A stretch of 64,000 nt of DNA from an uncultured virus (IMG/VR IMGVR_UViG_3300021093_000051) (lineage: Duplodnaviria; Heunggongvirae; Uroviricota; Caudoviricetes), in IMG/VR virus record IMGVR_UViG_3300021093_000051, positions 1 to 64,000 of that record. One strand, written 5' to 3'. Below are positions 21,570-32,458 of the stretch, piece after piece. Below the pieces are notes generated by a model. It was not told the DNA's origin. It saw nothing but the letters and a program-made list of their open reading frames with translations, and did no database searches. Position 1 is the first letter of the stretch. Every line of letters begins with the position of its first letter. A program made the translations under genes and the position numbers.

Positions 21570-22167
21570 GTTTACCGACGGTTTTTTTGACTTAGTACAA
21601 AAGATAATTAATCGTCAACTATGGTACTGGAAATTATTGGACTTTTTTCGATATGACCTAGTACAAGGAATCAAGAATATCTTTTTTTTCTGGAATGTGA
21701 TCTGGAGATATCGATCTTGGGATTCCAGTTTTCAGATGAGGCTCTTAGCTAAATCACTAGAGCCTTTAGCTCATACATTAGAACACCACGGTAACGAAGT
21801 AGACGGGCCTAGAATGAAAAAAGTAGCCGCGATTAAGAGGGCAATCGAGATACTTAATAGGCAATCAAACGATGATTATCTTGAATTGGCTGAAAAGGAA
21901 TTAGGGTATAAAGTAAACCTAAATTATGGTATTACTGGTGATGGTGAACCCAAAGTCATCACTGAGAAAAACCGTAAGCTCTTTGATCTTTCTCATGAAT
22001 TAGAAGATAAAGAATGGAAGGAACTTTGGAAGATATTTGAAGGCCAAGAACACACTCACTATATCATGCTCCTAGATAAAGCAAAATCCGAAAATAGTAG
22101 CACTGGGTCAGAGGACATTTGGAATCAGTGGTTTAACGGAAGCGGCATGAAACACTGGTGGGATTAA
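21559..22167 (+). CDS. Hypothetical protein
   Basis: ORF; likely start MEIKFTDG at 21559 with A-rich leader. Confidence 0.65.
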   Translation: MEIKFTDGFFDLVQKIINRQLWYWKLLDFFRYDLVQGIKNIFFFWNVIWRYRSWDSSFQMRLLAKSLEPLAHTLEHHGNEVDGPRMKKVAAIKRAIEILNRQSNDDYLELAEKELGYKVNLNYGITGDGEPKVITEKNRKLFDLSHELEDKEWKELWKIFEGQEHTHYIMLLDKAKSENSSTGSEDIWNQWFNGSGMKHWWD

Positions 22168-22181
22168 AAAAATAGAAGATA

Positions 22182-22301
22182 GTGAAAACATTAGGTATCA
22201 TTTCTGCGGCATGCATAATTACTTTCTTAGTAATCGTTCTAATAATTGAAATAGTTAGAAAGATCTACGATGAGGCAGACGACTTGGATAATAATCAGTA
22301 A
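22182..22301 (+). CDS. Small single-pass membrane protein, 39 aa
   Basis: GTG start; MKTLGIISAACIITFLVIVLIIEIVRKIYDEADDLDNNQ; fills an intergenic gap. Confidence 0.45.
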   Translation: MKTLGIISAACIITFLVIVLIIEIVRKIYDEADDLDNNQ

Positions 22302-22312
22302 AAATAAAAACA

Positions 22313-23047
22313 ATGTATACACCAACTGACTTAACAAAAATCGTGTTCTTTGATTTGGAAACAGCATCCGAATACGAATCCCTAGATCAATTAGCCTTTA
22401 ATAAACCTAAGATGGCTGAATTATGGTCTAAAAGATGTGAGTATCTTCGCTCTAGATTTGAAGAAAATAAAGACATGACAGACGAGGAGCTATATCAAGC
22501 AAAAGCTGCCTTGACTCCAGAGTTTGCCAGAATAGTATGTGCTACATTCGGTAGAGTCACTTTTATTGGAGAGGATCCTAACGTGATCGTCAAGAGTTAT
22601 TGTTCTCAACAAGAAGATGAGGTTTTAGACGGAATCCAAAAAGTGTTTGACAAGTTTGCCTCTCTTAAGTTTTCAGGCCATAACATTAAGCGTTTTGATA
22701 TTCCAATGATGTGCAAAAGACTCTTGATTCATGGGCGATCCTTACCTAAAGGATTACAGATTCAAAACCTAAAACCTTGGGAGATGCCATTTATCGATAC
22801 TTCTGAACTATGGAGCTTTGGTGCTTGGCAGGAAGGATTTGTTTCTCTTGAGCTATTAGTAACTGCAATCGGTCTTGAGACACCTAAGGGAGACATTAAA
22901 GGCGAAGAGGTGAGCCGATTTTTTTGGCAAGATGAGGATACTCAACGTATTGCTGAATACTGTCAGCGAGATGTTTTTGCTGGAATTCAAGCTCTCTTAA
23001 AACTTTCAGGACTTACCGTAGTAGAAGAATTTGAGGCACAGCCATAA
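22313..23047 (+). CDS. DEDD 3'-5' exonuclease (PolB-exonuclease-related)
   Basis: FFDLET, GHNIKRFDIP, YCQRDV (ExoI/II/III motifs). Confidence 0.85.
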   Translation: MYTPTDLTKIVFFDLETASEYESLDQLAFNKPKMAELWSKRCEYLRSRFEENKDMTDEELYQAKAALTPEFARIVCATFGRVTFIGEDPNVIVKSYCSQQEDEVLDGIQKVFDKFASLKFSGHNIKRFDIPMMCKRLLIHGRSLPKGLQIQNLKPWEMPFIDTSELWSFGAWQEGFVSLELLVTAIGLETPKGDIKGEEVSRFFWQDEDTQRIAEYCQRDVFAGIQALLKLSGLTVVEEFEAQP

Positions 23048-23048
23048 A

Positions 23049-25432
<2,384 letters not shown>

Positions 25433-25453
25433 GACTGACCAAGATTAAAAGTG

Positions 25454-25481
25454 AAAAGAGATAGGAAACTATCTCTTTTTT
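25454..25481 (+). terminator. Rho-independent terminator
   Basis: AAAAGAGATAG-GAAA-CTATCTCTTTT followed by a T run. Confidence 0.85.
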
Positions 25482-25537
25482 ATTTTTATAAAAAACTTTA
25501 TTCTTTAAATTTGTATAAATTATAAATTAATCTAAAA

Positions 25538-26701
25538 ATGACAACACCAGATCCATTTAAAATTGTAAGTAAATACAATACTGAGGTAACTCTCACGCCA
25601 GATGACAAGAACTCTGGAGTAAAGATATATTGCCAAGAAGACTATGCTCAAGAGCTATATGATCGAATGAATAAACTTGAGAGCACCGGACAGTTGCACA
25701 CAGCCAATAAGGATCTTGAAGAAAACGGAGTATATCGAGTAAAAGCAAATCTAATCTCATTTGAGGATAAATTAATCCACGCAGAAGAAATTGGATCCAA
25801 GACTCCAGTAATAATTCCATTTAGAGAGTATTCAAAGGATCTTGAAGTTCTTTCTAGAGGCGAAGGCCGAGAGTTCTTAATCATGGTTTATAAATCAACT
25901 AAACACGGAGAAAATTATGGATCTGAAAGAAAAGCTATCTCCATCTCGTATAAACAAGAATTGTTTGACCACCTTAAAGAAAACACTTGGTTTGATGTTA
26001 CCATCACAAAACTAATAAAAGGAGGATATTTAGCAGTCTATAAAAAAGAGATTGAATGCTTTATACCTGGATCACATGCAGCAGCAAATGTCGTTCATAA
26101 CTTTAATGACATGTTAAACAAGACTCTAACTGTCATGGTGGACAACTACGATCAAACTAATGATCTATTCATACTTTCATACAAAAAATACGTAACTCAA
26201 TCCATGCCAACCATGATTGAGAACCTAGAATTTAATCGAGAATATCAAGGAGTTCTTACTAATAAACCATACGATTTTGGAGTGTTTGTTGAGATCGACG
26301 GCTACTTTACTGGTCTAGTTCACCAGACCGAATTTGAAAATTACGATGTTATCAGAAAGACCCTAAAGACCGGTGATAAATTAAACGTGTTTGTAAAAGA
26401 TATCACCACAAAAGGTGGTCAGTTTAGAGTAGTTCTTACCCTAAATTCTAAAAGCGTAAATGCTGAAAAACTTGCATGGCAAAAACTTAGAGAAAAGACA
26501 GAGACTAAAAGCTTTGCATACGATGTTGATCCTAAGAAAAATTCAATTTCAATCTATATCGATGGTGAAAACTATGAAGTCTCCCTAAAAAGAAAAGATC
26601 TTGAAAAGAACTTAAGTCGATTCCCATATGTTAAGGTTTCTAAAGTAGATGTCTTAAATAAGAGCTTAAAGTTTGAATTTGTTGAGGACTCTGAAAATTA
26701 A
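25538..26701 (+). CDS. Ribosomal protein S1-like multi-S1-domain RNA-binding protein
   Basis: S1 repeats: ITKLIKGGYLAV...CFIPGSH and YDFGVFVEIDGYFTGLVHQTE. Confidence 0.8.
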   Translation: MTTPDPFKIVSKYNTEVTLTPDDKNSGVKIYCQEDYAQELYDRMNKLESTGQLHTANKDLEENGVYRVKANLISFEDKLIHAEEIGSKTPVIIPFREYSKDLEVLSRGEGREFLIMVYKSTKHGENYGSERKAISISYKQELFDHLKENTWFDVTITKLIKGGYLAVYKKEIECFIPGSHAAANVVHNFNDMLNKTLTVMVDNYDQTNDLFILSYKKYVTQSMPTMIENLEFNREYQGVLTNKPYDFGVFVEIDGYFTGLVHQTEFENYDVIRKTLKTGDKLNVFVKDITTKGGQFRVVLTLNSKSVNAEKLAWQKLREKTETKSFAYDVDPKKNSISIYIDGENYEVSLKRKDLEKNLSRFPYVKVSKVDVLNKSLKFEFVEDSEN

Positions 26702-26854
26702 TTTCTAAAAGAGCTCTCATCCAAATGGAGGTCAAGATAAATAACTTAGAACTAGTTCAGTTCAATCTAGATTAACGACGCGACATTAAAAAAATTAACA
26801 ATTAGCCCAGCTGATGTATAGGCTGATCTGTCTAAAAAAAACAAGTAAAAGAGT

Positions 26855-27862
26855 ATGGTAAGTTCACTTTTTAAAGAGCGAGTAGAGTATAAACCGTTTG
26901 AATATCCAATATATTACACAGAAGGATGGCTTAAACAGGCTCAAGCCTTTTGGTTGCACACTGAGATCTCAATGCAAGGGGATCTTAAAGACTGGAATGA
27001 AAAACTAAGCAAATCAGAAAAAAACCTAGTCGGTAACATATTATTAGGTTTTGCTCAAACTGAGTGTGCAGTATCAGATTATTGGACTAGCATGGTGACT
27101 AAATGGTTCCCTAAGCATGAGATAAAGCAGATGGCCATGATCTTTGGTTCTCAGGAAACAATACATGCAACCGCTTATTCATACCTAAATGAGACTCTTG
27201 GCCTAGAAGATTTTAAAGGATTCTTACACGAACCGACAATCGCTAATAAATTCGAATTTCTTCTTTCAACAGCTAATGATTATACCAATATCGATTTATG
27301 TGAATCATCAGATGCCCGCAGAGATGCGGCAAAGTCTCTTGCTATATTTTCCGCATTTGCCGAAGGAGTATCCCTCTATTCGTCCTTTGCAGTTCTCTAT
27401 TCTTTTCAAATGAGAGATCTCTTAAAAGGAATAGGCCAACAGATGAAATGGTCAGTTAGAGACGAGTCACTACACTCAAAGATGGGTTGTCAGTTATTTC
27501 GACACATGTGTGAAGAATATCCTGAATTAAAGGATTCAGTTCAATCACAAGTCGAAGAGGCTGCCTCTTTAATGGTAGACATGGAACTTCGATTCATCGA
27601 TAAGATGTTTGAAATGGGAGATCTAGAAAACTTAAAAGCCGATCATCTTAAAGAATTCATTAAGAAAAGAGCAAACGAGAAGCTAAATGAATTGGGTTAC
27701 GAATCCATCTTTCACTACAGCGAAGACCTAGCATCTGAACTGGACTGGTTTTATCATCTTACTGGAGGTGTGACTTGGACAGATTTCTTTGCAATAAGAT
27801 CAACTGATTATTCTAAAGCTGGAGAATCAGAGGACTGGGACGAAGATTCACTTTTTAGTTAA
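26855..27862 (+). CDS. nrdB: Ribonucleotide reductase class Ia beta subunit
   Basis: FWLHTE, ETIHATAY, EGVSLYSSF, RDESLH di-iron motifs. Confidence 0.95.
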   Translation: MVSSLFKERVEYKPFEYPIYYTEGWLKQAQAFWLHTEISMQGDLKDWNEKLSKSEKNLVGNILLGFAQTECAVSDYWTSMVTKWFPKHEIKQMAMIFGSQETIHATAYSYLNETLGLEDFKGFLHEPTIANKFEFLLSTANDYTNIDLCESSDARRDAAKSLAIFSAFAEGVSLYSSFAVLYSFQMRDLLKGIGQQMKWSVRDESLHSKMGCQLFRHMCEEYPELKDSVQSQVEEAASLMVDMELRFIDKMFEMGDLENLKADHLKEFIKKRANEKLNELGYESIFHYSEDLASELDWFYHLTGGVTWTDFFAIRSTDYSKAGESEDWDEDSLFS

Positions 27863-27873
27863 TCTAAGCAAGC

Positions 27874-28014
27874 ATGAAAGAATTAATCAATCGATTACAC
27901 AAAGCCGGAACAAACGGTAATTCTAACTATATTATAGTCAGCCCTGAATTAGCACTTAAAATAAAAGAAGAAAACAAAAAGAAAAATGGAAGAAAAAGAA
28001 ATAAATCACGGTGA
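27874..28014 (+). CDS. Small basic hypothetical protein, 46 aa
   Basis: MKELINRLHKAGTNGNSNYIIVSPELALKIKEENKKK...; fills the nrdB-nrdA gap and overlaps the nrdA start. Confidence 0.35.
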   Translation: MKELINRLHKAGTNGNSNYIIVSPELALKIKEENKKKNGRKRNKSR

Positions 28015-29791
28015 GCCTCAAGGCTGGGAAATAGGAGTACACTTTCCAGTCTGGGCAAACACTGAAGTATACGTTAAAACAGTTTCTAGAGGATACTTAC
28101 TAGAGGGAGAAACACCAAAGGATGCATACTGGAGAGTATCAACAGCCGTTGCTAAAAGACTTAGAAAACCCGAACTTGCCTCCAAGTTCTTTGATTATAT
28201 GTGGAAAGGATGGTTAAACTTAGCCACCCCAGTATTTTCTAACACCGGCACTGAAAGAGGTTTACCTATCTCCTGTTTTGGAATAGACGTCGCCGATTCA
28301 ATAGCAGACATTGGAATTAAAAACCTTGAACTTATGCTCTTAGCTAAACACGGTGGAGGAGTAGGAATAGGCATCAATCAAGTTCGACCAGCCGGTTCTA
28401 AGATATCTCAAAACGGTACTTCAGATGGTGTCGTTCCCTTTTGTAAGATCTATGATTCAGCAGTATTAGCTACTAATCAAGGGAACGTAAGAAGAGGTGC
28501 TGCCTCAGTCAATATTGATATTGAACATGGAGACTTTTGGGATTGGTTAGAGATTAGGGAACCTAAAGGGGATGTTAATCGTCAATGTTTAAACCTTCAT
28601 CAATGCGTGATAGTATCAGACGATTTTATGCAAAGACTCGAACACGGCGATAAGGAAGCTCGACGCAGATGGGCAGCAGTGTTGAGGAAACGCAAGGCCA
28701 CTGGCGAGCCATATATCATGTATAAAGGAAACGTTAACCGTCAGAGCCCAGAAGCCTATAAAAAGAACGGGCTTAAGGTATACATGACCAATATCTGTAG
28801 CGAGATCACTCTACATACTGATGAGAACCACTCATTTGTTTGCTGTTTATCTTCGCTAAACCTAGCAAAATACGATGAGTGGAAAGACACCGATCTGATC
28901 TATACTGCTACTTGGTTTCTGGATGGAGTCTTGGAAGAGTTTATCCAACGTGCTAAATACATGAGAGGATTTGAAAACTCAGTAAGATCTGCAGAAAAAG
29001 GTAGAGCTCTAGGCTTAGGCGTCCTAGGTTGGCACACTTATCTACAAAATAAGAATATCCCGTTTGATTCTCTACCTGCTCAGTTTGAGACCAGAAAGAT
29101 CTTTTCTCAATTAAAGATTGAGAGCGAAAGAGCAAGTAGAGACATGGCTAGAGAATTTGGAGAGCCCCTATGGTGTGTTGGTACTGGAATGAGAAACACT
29201 CACTTAAGAGCCATCGCGCCCACCGTTTCTAACTCAAAGCTTTCAGGTAATGTTTCAGCGGGTATCGAGCCTTGGGCAGCAAACGTCTTTACCGAACAGA
29301 CTGCAAAAGGAACCTTTATTCGTAAGAATCCATCACTAGAAAAAGTTCTTGAAAAGATTGGACAAAACACTCGAGAAGTTTGGGATCAGATCTTAATTGA
29401 CGGCGGTTCTGTTCAGGGACTAGATTTTATGGATAACTATCGAGTAAAACTTGGAGAATCTAGCAACCCTATCACACTTAATAAGTTTTCTAAGCTTCCT
29501 GAAATTGAACAAAGTCAATATGTTCCTCTAAAGGAAGTATACTTAACATTTAAGGAAATAAATCAACTTGAATTAGTTCGTCAAGCCGGGCTACGACAGC
29601 AATATATAGATCAAGCAGTTTCCTTAAACCTAGCATTTCCGACTGACGCTGAGCCCAAGTTTATTAATCAAGTTCACCTAGAAGCATATCAATCAGGCAT
29701 CAAGACCCTTTATTATATGCGAACTGAATCTGTTCTTAGAGGAGATATTTCTGCCAGAGCAATGGCCGATTGTTTAAGCTGTGATGGGTAA
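27986..29791 (+). CDS. nrdA: Ribonucleotide reductase class Ia alpha subunit (short, no ATP cone)
   Basis: ATPVFSN, PISCF, GGGVG, TNICSEI, IAPTVS, KTLYY, C-terminal CLSC. Confidence 0.95.
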   Translation: MEEKEINHGEPQGWEIGVHFPVWANTEVYVKTVSRGYLLEGETPKDAYWRVSTAVAKRLRKPELASKFFDYMWKGWLNLATPVFSNTGTERGLPISCFGIDVADSIADIGIKNLELMLLAKHGGGVGIGINQVRPAGSKISQNGTSDGVVPFCKIYDSAVLATNQGNVRRGAASVNIDIEHGDFWDWLEIREPKGDVNRQCLNLHQCVIVSDDFMQRLEHGDKEARRRWAAVLRKRKATGEPYIMYKGNVNRQSPEAYKKNGLKVYMTNICSEITLHTDENHSFVCCLSSLNLAKYDEWKDTDLIYTATWFLDGVLEEFIQRAKYMRGFENSVRSAEKGRALGLGVLGWHTYLQNKNIPFDSLPAQFETRKIFSQLKIESERASRDMAREFGEPLWCVGTGMRNTHLRAIAPTVSNSKLSGNVSAGIEPWAANVFTEQTAKGTFIRKNPSLEKVLEKIGQNTREVWDQILIDGGSVQGLDFMDNYRVKLGESSNPITLNKFSKLPEIEQSQYVPLKEVYLTFKEINQLELVRQAGLRQQYIDQAVSLNLAFPTDAEPKFINQVHLEAYQSGIKTLYYMRTESVLRGDISARAMADCLSCDG

Positions 29792-29815
29792 CCATCAATA
29801 AAAACATAATATGAT

Positions 29816-29902
29816 GCAGCAAATAACTTTTACTGCTTTTTTTAAATAAATAATAAAAAATCTAGTCTCATGCTTAAGTCATTCATTCAATTTATAAATG
29901 AG
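29816..29902 (+). repeat. Direct repeat copy 1: terminator + late promoter + start + targeting-peptide codons
   Basis: Matches 30487-30573; 32-bp perfect core ATAAATAATAAAAAATCTAGTCTCATGCTTAA (29846-29877 = 30520-30551). Confidence 0.9.
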
Positions 29903-30484
29903 AATAAAAAAGATAATGAAGTTGACCCTTCTTTAAGTAAAAAATTTAATTTCTATTCTATTCCTGGAGGTAAGGGTAACTATAGATCAGCACAAATTAC
30001 TATGGATGATTACCCTGGAATAATTACAAAATATGGGATTAAAAACATTATTAGAATGAATGGAGATGGACACGATTCTAAACACAGAGGAGCATATCCG
30101 GAAACTTCTAGAAGGGAGGAAGAAGAGATGTGTAAAAAATTAGGTTGTACCTTTAATTTTATAAATGCCCATGAAGGATATTTATCTGGAAAAGGGTATG
30201 TGGGGTCATTGAAAAAAATATTACCTATTCTAAAGAAAGGAAATACATTGGTTCATTGTGCACATGGGGCGGATAGGACAGGGTATGTAGTTGCTTCCCA
30301 CCTTCGGGATATTGGAGTGATGGTGGATAAAGATAAATTGTGGGAATATACAACTCAATATAATGGTTGGCAAAATATGGTAAATAAAGGAAATTTTTTC
30401 GGAACTGGATATGCTAAATATGCTGATGCTTTTTACCCTATACAAGAATTAAAAAAGAAACATAAAATAATTAAAAAAATATAA
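29870..30484 (+). CDS. Cys-based protein tyrosine/dual-specificity phosphatase with N-terminal MLKSFIQFINE peptide
   Basis: YRSAQ and LVHCAHGADRTG (HCX5R) motifs. Confidence 0.85.
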   Translation: MLKSFIQFINENKKDNEVDPSLSKKFNFYSIPGGKGNYRSAQITMDDYPGIITKYGIKNIIRMNGDGHDSKHRGAYPETSRREEEEMCKKLGCTFNFINAHEGYLSGKGYVGSLKKILPILKKGNTLVHCAHGADRTGYVVASHLRDIGVMVDKDKLWEYTTQYNGWQNMVNKGNFFGTGYAKYADAFYPIQELKKKHKIIKKI

Positions 30485-30486
30485 AA

Positions 30487-30573
30487 CAGTAAATACCTTT
30501 TACTGCTTTTTTTGTTTAGATAAATAATAAAAAATCTAGTCTCATGCTTAATTTCAATCAATTCATAAATGAG
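30487..30573 (+). repeat. Direct repeat copy 2: terminator + late promoter + start + targeting-peptide codons
   Basis: CAGTAAA-TACCT-TTTACTG hairpin + T run, GATAAATAA, then the same 32-bp core as copy 1. Confidence 0.9.
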
Positions 30574-30777
30574 AGTAAAGACAATGAATTTGAATCTATC
30601 GAAAAAGGAGACACCATTCGCTGGATGGGAACTCGGTGTCAAGTTAAAAGAGCAACTGACGGTGTGATCACGATCGCTGGAAAAAACAAAGACATCCAAA
30701 TAAATCGAGGAATGTGGAAGGAGAGAGGAGGAGTCATTATCGAAAAAAAGAAAGATTCTAACAAAGATGAAAAATAA
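30544..30777 (+). CDS. Small putative head-internal protein (MLNFNQFINE leader)
   Basis: Late promoter upstream; CTS-like N-terminus. Confidence 0.6.
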   Translation: MLNFNQFINESKDNEFESIEKGDTIRWMGTRCQVKRATDGVITIAGKNKDIQINRGMWKERGGVIIEKKKDSNKDEK

Positions 30778-31279
30778 ACACATTAAAGGATATTCTGATT
30801 TTTTATTTGAACAGGACACGGCAGCCCCACCACCAATGCCTGGAGCTCCACCGATGCCTGGAGCACCTGGAGCACCCGGTGCAAAACCAGTGGAATATAA
30901 ATTCATATTTATGACTGGCCCAGAAGATGCAGGTACTTCTCGAAGAAAATATCCAGACGGTAGTGTAGTTATCGAATATCCATGCTATTCTATTAAAAAA
31001 GATAAATTACAAGCTTGGATCAAGGAAAACATCATTTCTTCAGAAAAAAATGAGTTGAACAAGCCCGAAATAGAGATTCGTCAGAAAAGCTTAGAGGACA
31101 TAATTAAAGGAGATCGTACTAATATCTCAAGCGACGATCTTCCATTTATTGAAAAGTTAAAAAACGCAGTGTCAGCCAACCTAATTGCTAAAAAATTATC
31201 AGACGTTACTGTTGTTTTCTCAAACAGTACCCCGACCACTGATGAGATTGAGGTGACTTTTATAAAACATAAGAGATAA
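30767..31279 (+). CDS. Putative head-internal protein with Pro/Gly repeat (KHIKGYSDFLFE leader)
   Basis: CTS-like N-terminus followed by APPPMPGAPPMPGAPGAPGA. Confidence 0.6.
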   Translation: MKNKHIKGYSDFLFEQDTAAPPPMPGAPPMPGAPGAPGAKPVEYKFIFMTGPEDAGTSRRKYPDGSVVIEYPCYSIKKDKLQAWIKENIISSEKNELNKPEIEIRQKSLEDIIKGDRTNISSDDLPFIEKLKNAVSANLIAKKLSDVTVVFSNSTPTTDEIEVTFIKHKR

Positions 31280-32028
31280 TGCTTAAATCGTTCATTCAAT
31301 TCATAAATGAGAGTGTGGAGAGCAAGGAAGAGTTTGTCAAGAGATTAGCTCAGACTCTAATCACCAAGATTCGTACCTCTTCAATGGAAGAGAGTACCGA
31401 ATACTCTGTTTTTTCTGGAATGGAATTTATTGAACCATTTACGTTTGACCTAATCATAAACGTTCGTCGAGACTCTTCACCCGACTTTGAAGAAGACAGC
31501 CACTTTGAGGATTTACCCTGGGAAAAGCTAAACTATGATAAGCTAGGCTACAGCATAGATGCTAATACTCGAATGAGTCGTGATCAGTCAAGCGTGCCAA
31601 AAATCATATTCCATATCATCTTAAATCCTAGAAAGGAACCTCTTTTATACAGCAAACTACAGTATCGATTAATCGATATCCTAGCGCATGAAACAAATCA
31701 TCTAGATCAGTTAGGAATGAATCGTACTCCTTTTAATTCTCACGTAAGCAGTAAAAGTGAACGTGAAGGAGCTAAAAAAAGTTATCGATACTTTTTACTA
31801 ATGGATGAAATAGAATCGATGATTGAAGGAATGTATCAAAGTTCAAAGGAACAGGGTTGTCCAATCGATCAAGTATTCGATGACTACCTTCTACCGTTTA
31901 TTGAATCTGGATATATGAGCGAGTCAGAATACAAACACGTAATGGAAGCATGGGTTACCCGAGCAGTAGAATTATATCCAGACGCTACTTTTTCAAGTAA
32001 AGTAGACGATATCGTTAACTCAATATAA
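31279..32028 (+). CDS. Putative HEXXH metalloprotein with MLKSFIQFINE leader
   Basis: ILAHETNH zincin motif, downstream Y...DEIES; CTS-like N-terminus. Confidence 0.6.
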   Translation: MLKSFIQFINESVESKEEFVKRLAQTLITKIRTSSMEESTEYSVFSGMEFIEPFTFDLIINVRRDSSPDFEEDSHFEDLPWEKLNYDKLGYSIDANTRMSRDQSSVPKIIFHIILNPRKEPLLYSKLQYRLIDILAHETNHLDQLGMNRTPFNSHVSSKSEREGAKKSYRYFLLMDEIESMIEGMYQSSKEQGCPIDQVFDDYLLPFIESGYMSESEYKHVMEAWVTRAVELYPDATFSSKVDDIVNSI

Positions 32029-32076
32029 AAACCAAATCCATCTTATTAAGTATAATACTCTAAAAAAGTATTAAAT

Positions 32077-32346
32077 ATGAACGATTTTGAAAAATTAAAA
32101 GCGGAGATTGCATCAGCACAGTCTGCAATCTTTGAACCTATTGTTTCTCTTGTATCAGCCGCAGAAGACGATGCTGATAAGTATTATGGAAAAGGCGTAA
32201 AAAGCGCTGGAAACAGACTTAAAAAGAAAATGCAAGAGATCAGAAAAGCAATCAAGCATCCAGCAGTTAAGGCTGAGATGACCAAAATTCAAGAAGGAGC
32301 AAAAAATCTTCGTCAGACTTTGACCGACGAAATCTCTTCTAAGTAA
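32077..32346 (+). CDS. Histone H1-like (Hc1-type) nucleoid protein
   Basis: DADKYYGKGVKSAGNRLKKKMQEI resembles the Bacteroidota Hc1-like family (KGNKAAGTRARK); own promoter and terminator. Confidence 0.7.
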   Translation: MNDFEKLKAEIASAQSAIFEPIVSLVSAAEDDADKYYGKGVKSAGNRLKKKMQEIRKAIKHPAVKAEMTKIQEGAKNLRQTLTDEISSK

Positions 32347-32370
32347 TTTACTCCCCCAACCTATAAACAA

Positions 32371-32402
32371 AAAAAATGCCTCTTTTTGAGGCATTTTTTT
32401 TG
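32371..32402 (+). terminator. Rho-independent terminator
   Basis: AAAAAATGCCTC-TTTTT-GAGGCATTTTTT. Confidence 0.85.
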
Positions 32403-32458
32403 TTTTTTAAAAACTTTTATCGAATTACCAGTAAAAGAATATAAAAATAACAAAAATT

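Noticed and set aside
27986..29791. Intron or intein in nrdA/nrdB or other replication genes
   Set aside because: These ORFs are continuous and of normal size; intein motifs were seen only in uvsX.
30822..30883. Short tandem DNA repeats (CCTGGAGC units)
   Set aside because: Explained by the coding Pro-Gly-Ala repeat; not a CRISPR or regulatory array.
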